Positions 55,160-64,000 of a stretch of DNA of 64,000 nt are shown here, piece by piece (positions within the stretch are counted from its first letter, which is position 1; each line of letters opens with the position of its first letter). A program made the position numbers and the translations under genes. The notes beneath the pieces are model-generated. The model saw only the letters and a program-made list of their open reading frames with translations, had not been told where the DNA came from and did not search any database. The stretch spans positions 45,039 to 109,038 of the forward strand of contig CAZTEU010000005.1 of the NCBI GenBank assembly GCA_964612105.1. The letters are read 5' to 3'. This stretch comes from an uncultured Gammaproteobacteria bacterium. Its GTDB lineage: Bacteria > Patescibacteriota > Patescibacteriia > Magasanikbacterales > UBA922.

Positions 55160-56455
55160 TTACACACGATCGTATTCATGCATCATTATTTGTGCATCTA
55201 TTTGTTTTGCAACCTCAATTGCCACACTTACAACAATAAGCATACTCATACCACCAATTGCTAAAGACTGTATTCCAGACACCATCTGCACTATTACAGG
55301 CATGACAGCAATAGCACTCAAGAAGGTTGCTCCTGTAAACACAAGTCTTCCCATAATTTTACTTAGGTACTGTTCTGTCTGCTTACCCGGACGAATTCCA
55401 GGAATAAATCCACCTTGTCTTTGTAAGTTTTCTGCTATTTTGTCTGGTTTGAAAATAATTGCAGTATAGAAATATGTAAAACCAAATACCAGTAGGAAAT
55501 AAATTAAAGCGTAGATTATCTGATTACTAAATGCTGTACTTACTACTTTTGCAATACTTCCAATTACATCTGGACGATTTATAAAAAATTGTGCAATCAT
55601 TGGTGGGAACAACACAAGTGATACAGCAAAGATAATTGGAATAACACCTGCCATATTTACACGCAATGGAAGATGGGAGTTAGAACCCTGCCCCCTTACA
55701 CCTCTTGCCTTTGCATAACTAATAGGAATATTTCTCTGTCCTTCTGTTACAAATATTACTCCCACAATTGTAATAACTGCAATTACCAAAAAGAGAATAT
55801 AAGTGTATAAGTCAGCTGGATTATAGTTTACTATCAGATTCTGAGTTGTTGTAGGTAAAGCAGAAACAATAGCTGCAAAGATAAGAAGAGAAATACCATT
55901 TCCTACATTCTTTTCTGTGATAAGCTCACCAATCCACATAAGGAAAACAGTACCTGCTGTTACAGATAACAGCATGAACACAAATTGTAGGGTTGAGTTA
56001 CTGCCTAATATTCCTTGTGTTCCTTGTAATAGTTTAATAAGACTAAAAGCCTGTAACAATGCCAAAGGTATTGTAGATAAACGAGTATACATGTTTATCT
56101 TCTGCTGGCCGGACTCACCCTCTTTTGATAATTCTTCTAGCTGAGGAACAACCATAACAAGAAGCTGGAATATAATAGAGGCTGTAATGTATGGAGCAAC
56201 ACCAAGCATTACAATGGAAAAGTTTTCAATAGTACCACCAGAGAATAGGTTAAGCAGTCCTAGAATCTGGTTTCCAGAAAGTACATTCTTTAGTGCTTCC
56301 GCATCAACACCTGGCATTGGAATATGTGCTGTAAGACGGAATATGGTTAACATTGCAACCACAAAGAGTACGCGGTTGCGTACATCTTTAATTTTCCAGA
56401 TTTTCTCAAGTTTATCAAACATGTTAGAAGGTAACTTTTCCACCCTTCTTTTCAA
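55160..56455 (-). CDS. secY: preprotein translocase subunit SecY
   Basis: 10 TM helices, conserved SecY signature regions. Confidence 0.95.
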   Translation of the reverse strand: MKRRVEKLPSNMFDKLEKIWKIKDVRNRVLFVVAMLTIFRLTAHIPMPGVDAEALKNVLSGNQILGLLNLFSGGTIENFSIVMLGVAPYITASIIFQLLVMVVPQLEELSKEGESGQQKINMYTRLSTIPLALLQAFSLIKLLQGTQGILGSNSTLQFVFMLLSVTAGTVFLMWIGELITEKNVGNGISLLIFAAIVSALPTTTQNLIVNYNPADLYTYILFLVIAVITIVGVIFVTEGQRNIPISYAKARGVRGQGSNSHLPLRVNMAGVIPIIFAVSLVLFPPMIAQFFINRPDVIGSIAKVVSTAFSNQIIYALIYFLLVFGFTYFYTAIIFKPDKIAENLQRQGGFIPGIRPGKQTEQYLSKIMGRLVFTGATFLSAIAVMPVIVQMVSGIQSLAIGGMSMLIVVSVAIEVAKQIDAQIMMHEYDRV

Positions 56456-56867
56456 TTATTTCAAGGGCTTTTTTTGTTACAACACATCCTTTAAGGTTTA
56501 CTGAATGAGATAACTCACCACCTGCTACAACCTTTACTCCATTTCTTGCTTTCTTAATTACTCCAAGCTTTTCTAACATATATGGAGTAACTGTCTCGCC
56601 TTCTTTAGAAACACGGGAGAGAACAGCAAGTGTAACTGTTTGTTTTGGTGGTTTGATAGATTTAAAACCGCGTACTTTAGGAACTTTCTGTAATGCCTGT
56701 TTTAATCCTCTTACTTTTAAACCACCTTTACCACCAGAACGAGACCTCTGTCCTTTAAGACCACGAGTTGAATAAGTACCTCTTCCTGAGGCATTACCAC
56801 GACCAACTCGCTTCTTAGTTTTGCGAGATCCTTTTGCACTCTTAATTGTACTTGCTGAAAGTGTCAT
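56424..56867 (-). CDS. rplO: 50S ribosomal protein L15
   Basis: Gly/Arg-rich N-terminus typical of L15. Confidence 0.9.
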   Translation of the reverse strand: MTLSASTIKSAKGSRKTKKRVGRGNASGRGTYSTRGLKGQRSRSGGKGGLKVRGLKQALQKVPKVRGFKSIKPPKQTVTLAVLSRVSKEGETVTPYMLEKLGVIKKARNGVKVVAGGELSHSVNLKGCVVTKKALEIIEKKGGKVTF

Positions 56868-56876
56868 AGTCTAGTA

Positions 56877-57485
56877 TTATTTTGTACCCTTAACTTCCTT
56901 TACTTCTTCTACTTTTGGAGTATCTGTTACTGTCTTTTGCTTTGTATTTTTCTTTTGTGAATCAGCAATTTTCTTTGCTTTCGCTACAGCCTTAGGTCTA
57001 AACATTCCAAGTGCTTTAAACACTGTCTTTACATTTGTAATCTTATTATTAGTTTTTCCAACCATTTTGGAACTTGCATTTGGTACACCTGCCAATTCTA
57101 GGATTGTACGGATAGAACTACCTGCAATTATACCAGATCCTCTCGGTGCTGGCTTTAGTAGAATTCTACCTGCCTTAAACTTTGTTTCTATTCTATGAGG
57201 AATAGTGTCGTTCACAATTGGAATACGAATCATGTTCTTTTTTGCTTGACGCACAGCTTTCTCAACAGCAATTTGCACATCTTTTCCTTTTTGTACTCCA
57301 TATCCAACACGCCCTTTGCGATCACCAATTAGAATACAAACCCTAAAACTTAGTTGCTTTCCACCTTTTGTAACACGTGTAACACGAGCAAGGTCAACAA
57401 TTTGCTGATCAAACTCAGGCTTCTCTTTTTTAAACTTTGAGCCTCTGTGATTACGTTTATTACGTTTTCCTTGCTGTTTTTCCAT
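56877..57485 (-). CDS. rpsE: 30S ribosomal protein S5 (with K-rich C-terminal extension)
   Basis: S5 dsRBD and C-domain signatures. Confidence 0.9.
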   Translation of the reverse strand: MEKQQGKRNKRNHRGSKFKKEKPEFDQQIVDLARVTRVTKGGKQLSFRVCILIGDRKGRVGYGVQKGKDVQIAVEKAVRQAKKNMIRIPIVNDTIPHRIETKFKAGRILLKPAPRGSGIIAGSSIRTILELAGVPNASSKMVGKTNNKITNVKTVFKALGMFRPKAVAKAKKIADSQKKNTKQKTVTDTPKVEEVKEVKGTK

Positions 57486-57493
57486 AATTTCTA

Positions 57494-57868
57494 TTAAAAT
57501 TTCAGACCACCATCACGAGCGCCTTCTGCTACAGCCTGCACTCGCCCATGATAGGCATTTCCACCACGATCAAAAACTACAGTGGAGATTTTTTCTTGCT
57601 GTGCCTTTTCTGCAATAACCTTACCCAAAAGATATGCAACAGCTACTTTTCCAGTTCTCTCGCCAGCGTCTCCCTTACCTGCGTCTTTCTTTGAATTAAC
57701 ACTTACTATAGTTTTTCCTGATGTGTCATCAATAAGCTGTACATATAGTCCCTTAAGACTTCTTCCAACGTGGAGTCTTGGACGACTAGATGTTCCACTA
57801 ACAACCGCACGTACACGTGCGTGACGTCTTTGTCGTCTTTTGGATTTTGTCTGAGGTATTTTGCTCAT
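57494..57868 (-). CDS. rplR: 50S ribosomal protein L18
   Basis: Homology pattern. Confidence 0.9.
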   Translation of the reverse strand: MSKIPQTKSKRRQRRHARVRAVVSGTSSRPRLHVGRSLKGLYVQLIDDTSGKTIVSVNSKKDAGKGDAGERTGKVAVAYLLGKVIAEKAQQEKISTVVFDRGGNAYHGRVQAVAEGARDGGLKF

Positions 57869-57874
57869 ATTATA

Positions 57875-58420
57875 TTATTCTGCAGTTTTAGCAGTTTTTC
57901 CAGCTTTGCGACGGATTACTTCATCAATATATTTAATTCCTTTACCTTTGTATGGTTCTGGTTTACGGATACTTCTAATTTCTGCAGCAACCTGCCCAAC
58001 CAACTCTTTGTCTGCTCCGTTGATTGTAATTACATTTTTTTCAACTTCTGCTTTAATTCCTTCTGGAACTTTATAAATAACAGGGTGAGAAAAACCAACT
58101 TCTATTTTTAGATCTGTCCCCTGTGGAGCTACACGATAACCAACTCCATTTATTTCTAATTGTTTTTTAAAACCTTCTGATACTCCAACTACCATGTTCT
58201 TAAGATGAGAAGCAAAAGTACCCCACAATGCGCGTTGTACCTTATCTTCTTTGTCTGGAACATCAACAGTAGCAATACCATCTGCAACATTTACTGTAAC
58301 TGGTTCTACAATCTTGCGCTCAAGAGTGTCCTTTGGTCCTTGCACCTTTAACAAACCATCAGCTACGCTTACGGTTACACCTTGCGGAATTGCTATTTCT
58401 TGTTTTCCTATACGTGACAT
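57875..58420 (-). CDS. rplF: 50S ribosomal protein L6
   Basis: Homology pattern. Confidence 0.9.
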   Translation of the reverse strand: MSRIGKQEIAIPQGVTVSVADGLLKVQGPKDTLERKIVEPVTVNVADGIATVDVPDKEDKVQRALWGTFASHLKNMVVGVSEGFKKQLEINGVGYRVAPQGTDLKIEVGFSHPVIYKVPEGIKAEVEKNVITINGADKELVGQVAAEIRSIRKPEPYKGKGIKYIDEVIRRKAGKTAKTAE

Positions 58421-58421
58421 A

Positions 58422-58811
58422 TTAGTAGATTGAACAAATTACTTCTCCTCCAATTCCTTGTTTCTTTGCATCCTTATTTGTCATTAAACCTTTTGATGTA
58501 GAAACAATAGCTATACCATATCCGTTTAATACTGTAGGAAGTTCATCAGCTTTTCTGTACACTCTGTGTCCAGGCTTACTCTCTCTCTTTATAGAAGCAA
58601 TAGCTGGTTGTTTATCTTCATACTTCAATTCAACCACTAGCTGTACTGGCAATCCATCTTGTTCTGATATTTTTCCTACATAACCCTCATTGCTCAAAAT
58701 CTCAACAACTGCTCTTTTCACTTTTGATGCAGGAATTAAAACCTCACGCTTCTTTGAAAGTTGAGCGTTACGGATTCTTGTTAACATGTCTGCTATTGGA
58801 TCGGTCATCAT
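58422..58811 (-). CDS. rpsH: 30S ribosomal protein S8
   Basis: Homology pattern. Confidence 0.9.
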   Translation of the reverse strand: MMTDPIADMLTRIRNAQLSKKREVLIPASKVKRAVVEILSNEGYVGKISEQDGLPVQLVVELKYEDKQPAIASIKRESKPGHRVYRKADELPTVLNGYGIAIVSTSKGLMTNKDAKKQGIGGEVICSIY

Positions 58812-58820
58812 ATGTTTATT

Positions 58821-59006
58821 TTACCAGCTGGATTTACGAACACCTGGTAACTTTCCTTGATTAGCTAATTCTCTAAAACAAATACGGCATAAACCAAACT
58901 TGCGCATATATCCACGCTTTCTACCACATTTCCAACATCTGCGAGATTCGCGTGTGCTGAACTTTGGCTTTCTGTTTGATTGTGCAATCTTTGCCTTTGT
59001 TGCCAT
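58821..59006 (-). CDS. rpsZ: 30S ribosomal protein S14 type Z (zinc-binding)
   Basis: [20 protein letters not shown]. Confidence 0.9.
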   Translation of the reverse strand: MATKAKIAQSNRKPKFSTRESRRCWKCGRKRGYMRKFGLCRICFRELANQGKLPGVRKSSW

Positions 59007-59008
59007 AT

Positions 59009-59554
59009 TTATTTCTTTTTAAATGGGAAACCTAGTCTAGATAGTAACGCTAGTCCTTGTTCATTATTATCCGCTGTAGTTGAAATAACTACTTCCATTC
59101 CATGAATCCTTTCCATACCTTCTGCATTTACTTCTGGAAATGCTATGTTTTCCTTAAAACCAATTGTATAGTTTCCTTTTCCATCAAAACTCTTTGGACT
59201 AATTCCTCTAAAATCACGAACACGCGGAAGAGCAACATTCACCATTCTGTACAGAAATTCGTACATCTTATCTCCACGTAAAGTTACAGATGCTCCGATT
59301 GGCATTCCTTCACGAATCTTAAAGTTAGAAATAGATTTCTTTGCTTTATTATGTACAGGTTTTTGTCCTGTAATTACTGTAAGCGTGTTATCTACATTTT
59401 CTATAAATGACTTGTCCTTGTTGTGACGACCGTATCCAACATTAACAACAACCTTACTTATCTTTGGTACTTCCATTATGTTGCTCTTTCCTAACTCCTC
59501 TTTTAGGGCAGGTACAACATCTTTTATATATTGTTTGTATAGGTTGCTTTTCAT
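59009..59554 (-). CDS. rplE: 50S ribosomal protein L5
   Basis: Homology pattern. Confidence 0.9.
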   Translation of the reverse strand: MKSNLYKQYIKDVVPALKEELGKSNIMEVPKISKVVVNVGYGRHNKDKSFIENVDNTLTVITGQKPVHNKAKKSISNFKIREGMPIGASVTLRGDKMYEFLYRMVNVALPRVRDFRGISPKSFDGKGNYTIGFKENIAFPEVNAEGMERIHGMEVVISTTADNNEQGLALLSRLGFPFKKK

Positions 59555-59555
59555 A

Positions 59556-59876
59556 TTAACTTATAAACTCTCCACTTACACGAGAAATTCTTTTCTTGTC
59601 TGAACCTTCTTTTTTGAACCCAACTCGTGTTGGCTTGTTTGATTTTGGATCTATTAACTGAACATTACTAACATCCATAGGAGCCGGAAGTTCTATAATC
59701 TGTCCTTTTTCACCGCGGTTTCTTGTTCGTAGGTGCTTCTTTAGTATGTTTAGTTTGTCTACAACTATTGATACTTTGTTATTTTTCTTGTTTTTTAGTA
59801 CCTGAACAACCTTACCAGTTTTTCCGCGGTCCTTACCTACTAATATCTTTACTTTGTCGCCTGATTTAATCTTCAT
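59556..59876 (-). CDS. rplX: 50S ribosomal protein L24
   Basis: KOW motif. Confidence 0.9.
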   Translation of the reverse strand: MKIKSGDKVKILVGKDRGKTGKVVQVLKNKKNNKVSIVVDKLNILKKHLRTRNRGEKGQIIELPAPMDVSNVQLIDPKSNKPTRVGFKKEGSDKKRISRVSGEFIS

Positions 59877-59877
59877 A

Positions 59878-60249
59878 TTATAATACTTCCGGTGCTAATG
59901 AAATAATCTTTTGAAAACCTTTGGTTCTAAGCTCTCTTGCAACAGGTCCAAAAATACGAGTAGCTTTTGGTTCTTTAGTCTTACGATCTATAACTACAGC
60001 TGCATTTTCATCAAAACGAATATATGTGCCATCTTTACGTCTCATTTCTTTTCTTTGACGAACAATTACAGCATGGATAACCTCACCTTTTTTAACATTT
60101 GTACGTGGCTCTGCTTCTTTTACAGAACAAGTTACAATATCTCCGATTCTTGCAAAGCGTTTTTTGTAACCACCAAGAACACGAATACATTTAAGTTTCT
60201 TTGCTCCAGAGTTATCTGCTACTTTTAGCATGCTTTGATCTTGAATCAT
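59878..60249 (-). CDS. rplN: 50S ribosomal protein L14
   Basis: Homology pattern. Confidence 0.95.
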   Translation of the reverse strand: MIQDQSMLKVADNSGAKKLKCIRVLGGYKKRFARIGDIVTCSVKEAEPRTNVKKGEVIHAVIVRQRKEMRRKDGTYIRFDENAAVVIDRKTKEPKATRIFGPVARELRTKGFQKIISLAPEVL

Positions 60250-60258
60250 ATTCTTAGA

Positions 60259-60537
60259 TTAGATGGCTTCTTTTACAACCTTAGTTAATCTCCATCTCTT
60301 TGTCTTACTTAATGGTCTACATTCTTGAAACTTTACAGTATCACCAACATTTGCTTCATTCTTTTCATCGTGTATAGCATATTTCTTAATTGTTACATAC
60401 TGTTTGCGGTATTTTGAATGCATTTTAGTGGTACGAACAGCCACATGAATTGTTTTGTCTTCTTTTACACTAACAACAACTCCATCAAATTCTCTCTTGA
60501 TAGTTTCTCTTTTTGGTTGTATTTTTTTATCTTCCAT
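60259..60537 (-). CDS. rpsQ: 30S ribosomal protein S17
   Basis: Homology pattern. Confidence 0.9.
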   Translation of the reverse strand: MEDKKIQPKRETIKREFDGVVVSVKEDKTIHVAVRTTKMHSKYRKQYVTIKKYAIHDEKNEANVGDTVKFQECRPLSKTKRWRLTKVVKEAI

Positions 60538-60539
60538 AC

Positions 60540-60758
60540 TTATGATGTTGTTTCATTTTTCTGAGGCTCCATAATAGCATGAGAACCAAGTGCCGTCAAT
60601 AACTGTGCAATGTTCTTTCTTGTCTTTCTTATTGCACGCACATCTTTTAACTGATTTTCTCCAGCATGAAAACGAAGCTCACGTAACTTTGCGCGTTGCT
60701 CTGTTAGCAATTCATTCAATTCTTTCTTATTTTTGTGCTTGATTTCTTTAGAATCCAT
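60540..60758 (-). CDS. rpmC: 50S ribosomal protein L29
   Basis: Homology pattern. Confidence 0.85.
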   Translation of the reverse strand: MDSKEIKHKNKKELNELLTEQRAKLRELRFHAGENQLKDVRAIRKTRKNIAQLLTALGSHAIMEPQKNETTS

Positions 60759-60764
60759 ACTTCT

Positions 60765-61178
60765 TTATTTACGTTCCACAATTTTTGCCTGAACTGGCAA
60801 TTTGTGTCTAGCTTTGTCCAATGCCTCACGTGCCTTGTCTTCTGGAATCCCACCTATTTCAAACATAATTGTTCCAGGTTTCACTACTGTCATATAATAT
60901 TCTGGTGCACCTTTTCCTTTTCCCATGGGTACCTCAGAACCTTTCTTAGTTACTGGATGATCTGGAAATAGACGAATCCATACTTTTCCACCACGACGCA
61001 CGTAACGTGTCAAAACACGACGTGTTGCCTCTATCTGTCTAGAATTAACCCAAGCATGTCCAACTGATTTCAATCCGTGAGAGCCAAAAGAAACCTTGGT
61101 CATTCGCGTAGCGACACCCTTGTTCATTCGTCTTGGCTTGTGCCATTTTCTATGTTTTACCTTTTTTGGAATTAACAT
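60765..61178 (-). CDS. rplP: 50S ribosomal protein L16
   Basis: Homology pattern. Confidence 0.95.
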   Translation of the reverse strand: MLIPKKVKHRKWHKPRRMNKGVATRMTKVSFGSHGLKSVGHAWVNSRQIEATRRVLTRYVRRGGKVWIRLFPDHPVTKKGSEVPMGKGKGAPEYYMTVVKPGTIMFEIGGIPEDKAREALDKARHKLPVQAKIVERK

Positions 61179-61180
61179 AC

Positions 61181-61936
61181 TTATTTATCAGTCTTTTGTG
61201 TTTTACTTGCTTCTTGCTTGTTATCACCTGATCTATTTTTTCTGTGTGATCTCTTTGGTTTTCTACCTTCCTTTTGTTCACCTTGTTCAAAATGATTCTT
61301 TCTTCCAAAAACTTCCCCGTGGTAGATCCATACCTTAATTCCAATTACACCGTATACAGTATTAGCTTCCACTGCTGCGTACTCAATATCACTACGAAGT
61401 GTGATTAGGGGAATCTTTCCTGCTGAAATAGTTTCTGTACGTGCAATGTCTGCTCCATTAAGACGACCAGCCATAGATACCTTTATACCCTTTGCGTTCG
61501 CCTTCATTGTACGATCAATTGCTTGTTTCATTACACGACGGAATGGAATACGTCTTTCTATGTCTGAAGCCATTGATTGAGCCATAACCTGTGAAGAAAG
61601 AGATGGGTTTCTAACTTCTTGCACATTTAGTTTCACTTTTAATGAAAACTTAAGGATCTGTCTTTCAATGTGCTTTCTTACTAATTCCAACCCCTGTCCA
61701 CCACGACCTATAATAAATCCAGGTTTTGCAGCTTGTACAGTGATTGTCATGTTTTTTGGACCACGTTCAACACGGATAGCATCAATTCTTGCATCTTTAA
61801 ACTTCTTTCCAAGAAATTCACGGATACGAATATCCTCTTTAGCAAACTTTGCATAGTTCTTTCTTGAGAACCAACGTGAGTGCCAAGTGTAAATTACTTG
61901 TGTGCGATGAATTGTGGGGTGGACTTTGTGACCCAT
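61181..61936 (-). CDS. rpsC: 30S ribosomal protein S3 (with basic C-terminal extension)
   Basis: KH domain + S3 C-domain. Confidence 0.95.
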   Translation of the reverse strand: MGHKVHPTIHRTQVIYTWHSRWFSRKNYAKFAKEDIRIREFLGKKFKDARIDAIRVERGPKNMTITVQAAKPGFIIGRGGQGLELVRKHIERQILKFSLKVKLNVQEVRNPSLSSQVMAQSMASDIERRIPFRRVMKQAIDRTMKANAKGIKVSMAGRLNGADIARTETISAGKIPLITLRSDIEYAAVEANTVYGVIGIKVWIYHGEVFGRKNHFEQGEQKEGRKPKRSHRKNRSGDNKQEASKTQKTDK

Positions 61937-61938
61937 AA

Positions 61939-62496
61939 TTATTTATTACCTTTACGTATTGCTTGTGTTTGTTTCTTTGAGGCAGTATTGGGTTTGCTGT
62001 GCTTTCCTGTGTCTATATTATGACGTTTAGGAACTGATGCCTGCTTCTTTTCTGAATCTTCTTCTTTGTTTTCTACTTTCTCACTTTCGTTGTTATTTTC
62101 AGCTTTGGATTTTTCTTTTTTCTTCTCAGCTTCAGCTTTCTTCAATGCTTTTTCATCTACATCACCTTCTAGGACTAGTGTAATGTGGGATGTTCTTTTG
62201 CGTAATGGTGTAGCACGTCCAAACGCACGTGGCATCCAACGGTGAAATGTTGGTCCGCCATCTACCATAATTGTTTTTACAACTAAACTATCTTCTACCA
62301 TGCTGTGATTGTGAATTGCATTTGCAATCGCACTTCTTATAAGTTTTTCTACTGGACGAGCAGCATGTTTTTTTGAAAACTGTAATTGCAACAAAGCTTT
62401 CTTTGTATCCATACCACGAACAAGATCAGCAATAAGGCGAACCTTTCTAGGGCTAATTCTCAATCGTCTTAATTTTGCTGTTGTTTGCAATTTCAT
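61939..62496 (-). CDS. rplV: 50S ribosomal protein L22 (with K/E-rich C-terminal extension)
   Basis: Homology pattern. Confidence 0.9.
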   Translation of the reverse strand: MKLQTTAKLRRLRISPRKVRLIADLVRGMDTKKALLQLQFSKKHAARPVEKLIRSAIANAIHNHSMVEDSLVVKTIMVDGGPTFHRWMPRAFGRATPLRKRTSHITLVLEGDVDEKALKKAEAEKKKEKSKAENNNESEKVENKEEDSEKKQASVPKRHNIDTGKHSKPNTASKKQTQAIRKGNK

Positions 62497-62499
62497 ATA

Positions 62500-62778
62500 T
62501 TATTTTTGTCCCTTTGCAAGTTTACCTCCATGACCTTTAAAGGTTCTTGTTGGGGAAAACTCACCAAGTTTGTGTCCTACCATATTTTCATCAACAAGAA
62601 TATCAATAAACTTGCGCCCATTGTGGACTGCAAAGTACAACCCTACCATTTCTGGTGTTATTGTTGATGCTCTTGCCCATGTCTTGATAGGTTTCTTATC
62701 TCCAGTAGCCTTAGCTGCTGCAACCTTTTTCATGAGCTTTTCATCTATAAATGGTCCTTTTTTTAAACTACGTGACAT
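62500..62778 (-). CDS. rpsS: 30S ribosomal protein S19
   Basis: Homology pattern. Confidence 0.95.
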   Translation of the reverse strand: MSRSLKKGPFIDEKLMKKVAAAKATGDKKPIKTWARASTITPEMVGLYFAVHNGRKFIDILVDENMVGHKLGEFSPTRTFKGHGGKLAKGQK

Positions 62779-62780
62779 AT

Positions 62781-63629
62781 TTATGATCTTTTCTTCTTTT
62801 TACGTGGTGACACAATAAACTTGTTACTTGATTTTCCTTTCTTTCTTGTCTTAACACCCAAAGCTTTCTTACCCCATGGAGTTTTTGGTCCACCTTTTAG
62901 ACCAATAGGCTGTGCACCTTCTCCACCTCCATGCGGGTGATCTACTGGGTTCATAGCTTTACCTCTAACAGTAGGTCTCCAACCCATGTGGCGTCTACGA
63001 CCAGCTTTTCCAAGTCTTACTAATTTGTAATCTGAGTTACTAACTTTACCAATAGTAGCAAGATTTTCCTTTTTTACAAGTCTTACCTCTCCAGACGGAA
63101 GTTTGAGTTGAGCAAATTTTCCTTCCACAACCTGTAACTGAGCACCATTTCCTGCTCCACGTACCATCTGACCACCTTTACCAGGAGTAATTTCCAAATT
63201 GTATACAAATAAACCTGTTGGGATGTGCTCTAGTGGCATACGGTTTCCAACCACAGCTTCTATCTTCTTGTCAGAAGAAAGCACCTTATCACCAACCTTC
63301 ATGCCTGCAGCCGCTAATATATAGCTCTTCTTACCGTCTTCGTATTGGATAAGAGCAATTCTAGGTCCACGATTTGGGTCGTACTCAATAGCAATTACTT
63401 CTGCTTGTTTATCAAAAGCATATCTCTTGAAATCTATAATACGATATAGTTTCTTTGCTCCACCACCACGGTGACGTACCATAATTTTACCAGTGTTATT
63501 GCGTCCACTGTGTCTTTTTAGGCGTTCAACAAGTGATTTCTCTGGTCTCTTTTTTGTTACATCAGAAAAATCCTGTACGCTTGCGCCACGTCGTCCCGGA
63601 GTTGTTGGTTTGTATTTCTTTACTGCCAT
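62781..63629 (-). CDS. rplB: 50S ribosomal protein L2
   Basis: Homology pattern. Confidence 0.95.
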   Translation of the reverse strand: MAVKKYKPTTPGRRGASVQDFSDVTKKRPEKSLVERLKRHSGRNNTGKIMVRHRGGGAKKLYRIIDFKRYAFDKQAEVIAIEYDPNRGPRIALIQYEDGKKSYILAAAGMKVGDKVLSSDKKIEAVVGNRMPLEHIPTGLFVYNLEITPGKGGQMVRGAGNGAQLQVVEGKFAQLKLPSGEVRLVKKENLATIGKVSNSDYKLVRLGKAGRRRHMGWRPTVRGKAMNPVDHPHGGGEGAQPIGLKGGPKTPWGKKALGVKTRKKGKSSNKFIVSPRKKKKRS

Positions 63630-63638
63630 ATATTAGTA

Positions 63639-63914
63639 TTAAACACCGGAGTGAACATCAATAGTCTTCCCTTTCGGTAATGTAATAATTGCCTTTTTCC
63701 AGTCTTTACGTTTTCCTCTAATTCTTCCTGTGCTTGTCTTTTTTCCATCCATGTGAATTACACGAACTTTTACTGGTAAAACTCCATACACATCCTTAAC
63801 TGCGTTCTTTATTTCAACCTTAGAAGACTCTCTGTTAACTACAAAAGTATATTTTCCAAATATTTCTTCGGATGTAGCCTTTTCTGTAACATGTGGTTTG
63901 ATCAGAACTGAGTG
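63639..63914 (-). CDS. rplW: 50S ribosomal protein L23 (start codon not identified; frame stays open upstream)
   Basis: Manual translation ...RAHSVLIKPHVTEKATSEEIFGKYTFVVNRESSKVEIKNAVKDVYGVLPVKVRVIHMDGKKTSTGRIRGKRKDWKKAIITLPKGKTIDVHSGV* ; stop TAA at 63639-63641. Confidence 0.75.
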   Translation of the reverse strand, partial: HSVLIKPHVTEKATSEEIFGKYTFVVNRESSKVEIKNAVKDVYGVLPVKVRVIHMDGKKTSTGRIRGKRKDWKKAIITLPKGKTIDVHSGV

Positions 63915-64000
63915 AGCTCTACTATGTGAAAGAGGTTTTTTGGATACACTTGTCTTTTTCTCTGCTTCCTTCTTGATCTCTTCCTTTTTTTCTTCTTTCT
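63915..64000 (-). CDS. rplD: 50S ribosomal protein L4, C-terminal part (continues beyond window); frame relative to L23 unresolved
   Basis: Conserved operon order L4-L23-L2; K/E-rich open frame to window end. Confidence 0.4.

Noticed and set aside
1-64000. CRISPR arrays, rRNA genes, transposases, integrases and group I/II introns
   Set aside because: I scanned for regularly spaced short direct repeats, rRNA-like conserved blocks, DDE/tyrosine-recombinase motifs and RT motifs. None were found; the only direct repeats are the island A spacers and the tRNA-Arg 17-mer.

Overview
This is an AT-rich, gene-dense bacterial chromosomal window of about 64 kb whose native genes mostly lack Shine-Dalgarno sequences. 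A sample of the recG 3' end counted 20/60 G+C. The organisation (ribosomal proteins with K/E-rich tails, LCP plus D-Ala-D-Ala carboxypeptidase plus DsbA-like envelope genes, TG-extended -10 promoters next to start codons) suggests a small-genome CPR/Patescibacteria-like bacterium, though that is inference.

Core content in order:
- dnaE (5' part), a cupredoxin-like lipoprotein, pheT-pheS, rseP and an ArsC/Spx-family protein.
- A phosphohexomutase and clpC, followed by an envelope/surface gene cluster: an acidic membrane protein, a TolB-like propeller, a DsbA-like thioredoxin, and a Cys-rich + pilin-like TM + M15 peptidase fusion.
- radA, recG, tRNA-Arg, an LCP protein, der, pth, dprA, a Mur/FolC-type ligase, topA, rel, parB-parA and tRNA-Leu.
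- A D,D-carboxypeptidase, scpB-scpA, aspS, a CAP-domain protein, asnS, recO and ruvX.
- A TrmB-like regulator, map, adk, secY and the large ribosomal-protein operon from L15 to L2, L23 and the start of L4.

The most unusual feature is a set of six short, strongly GC-rich micro-islands; a 60-nt sample of one counted 36/60 G+C. Each lies in an intergenic gap bounded by native hairpin terminators. Each carries small ORFs with canonical AGGAGG-type ribosome-binding sites that native genes lack. Their products are:
- three small membrane proteins;
- a 337-aa protein made of two tandem ~150-aa repeats with conserved Cys, Trp and Pro positions;
- several unrecognisable proteins of 60-140 aa.

One island sits beside tRNA-Arg. 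A 17-nt direct repeat of that tRNA's 3' end lies there, which looks like an integration scar. I propose these islands are horizontally acquired cargo or an undescribed family of inserted micro-cassettes. I saw no CRISPR array, rRNA, or recognisable transposase or integrase.
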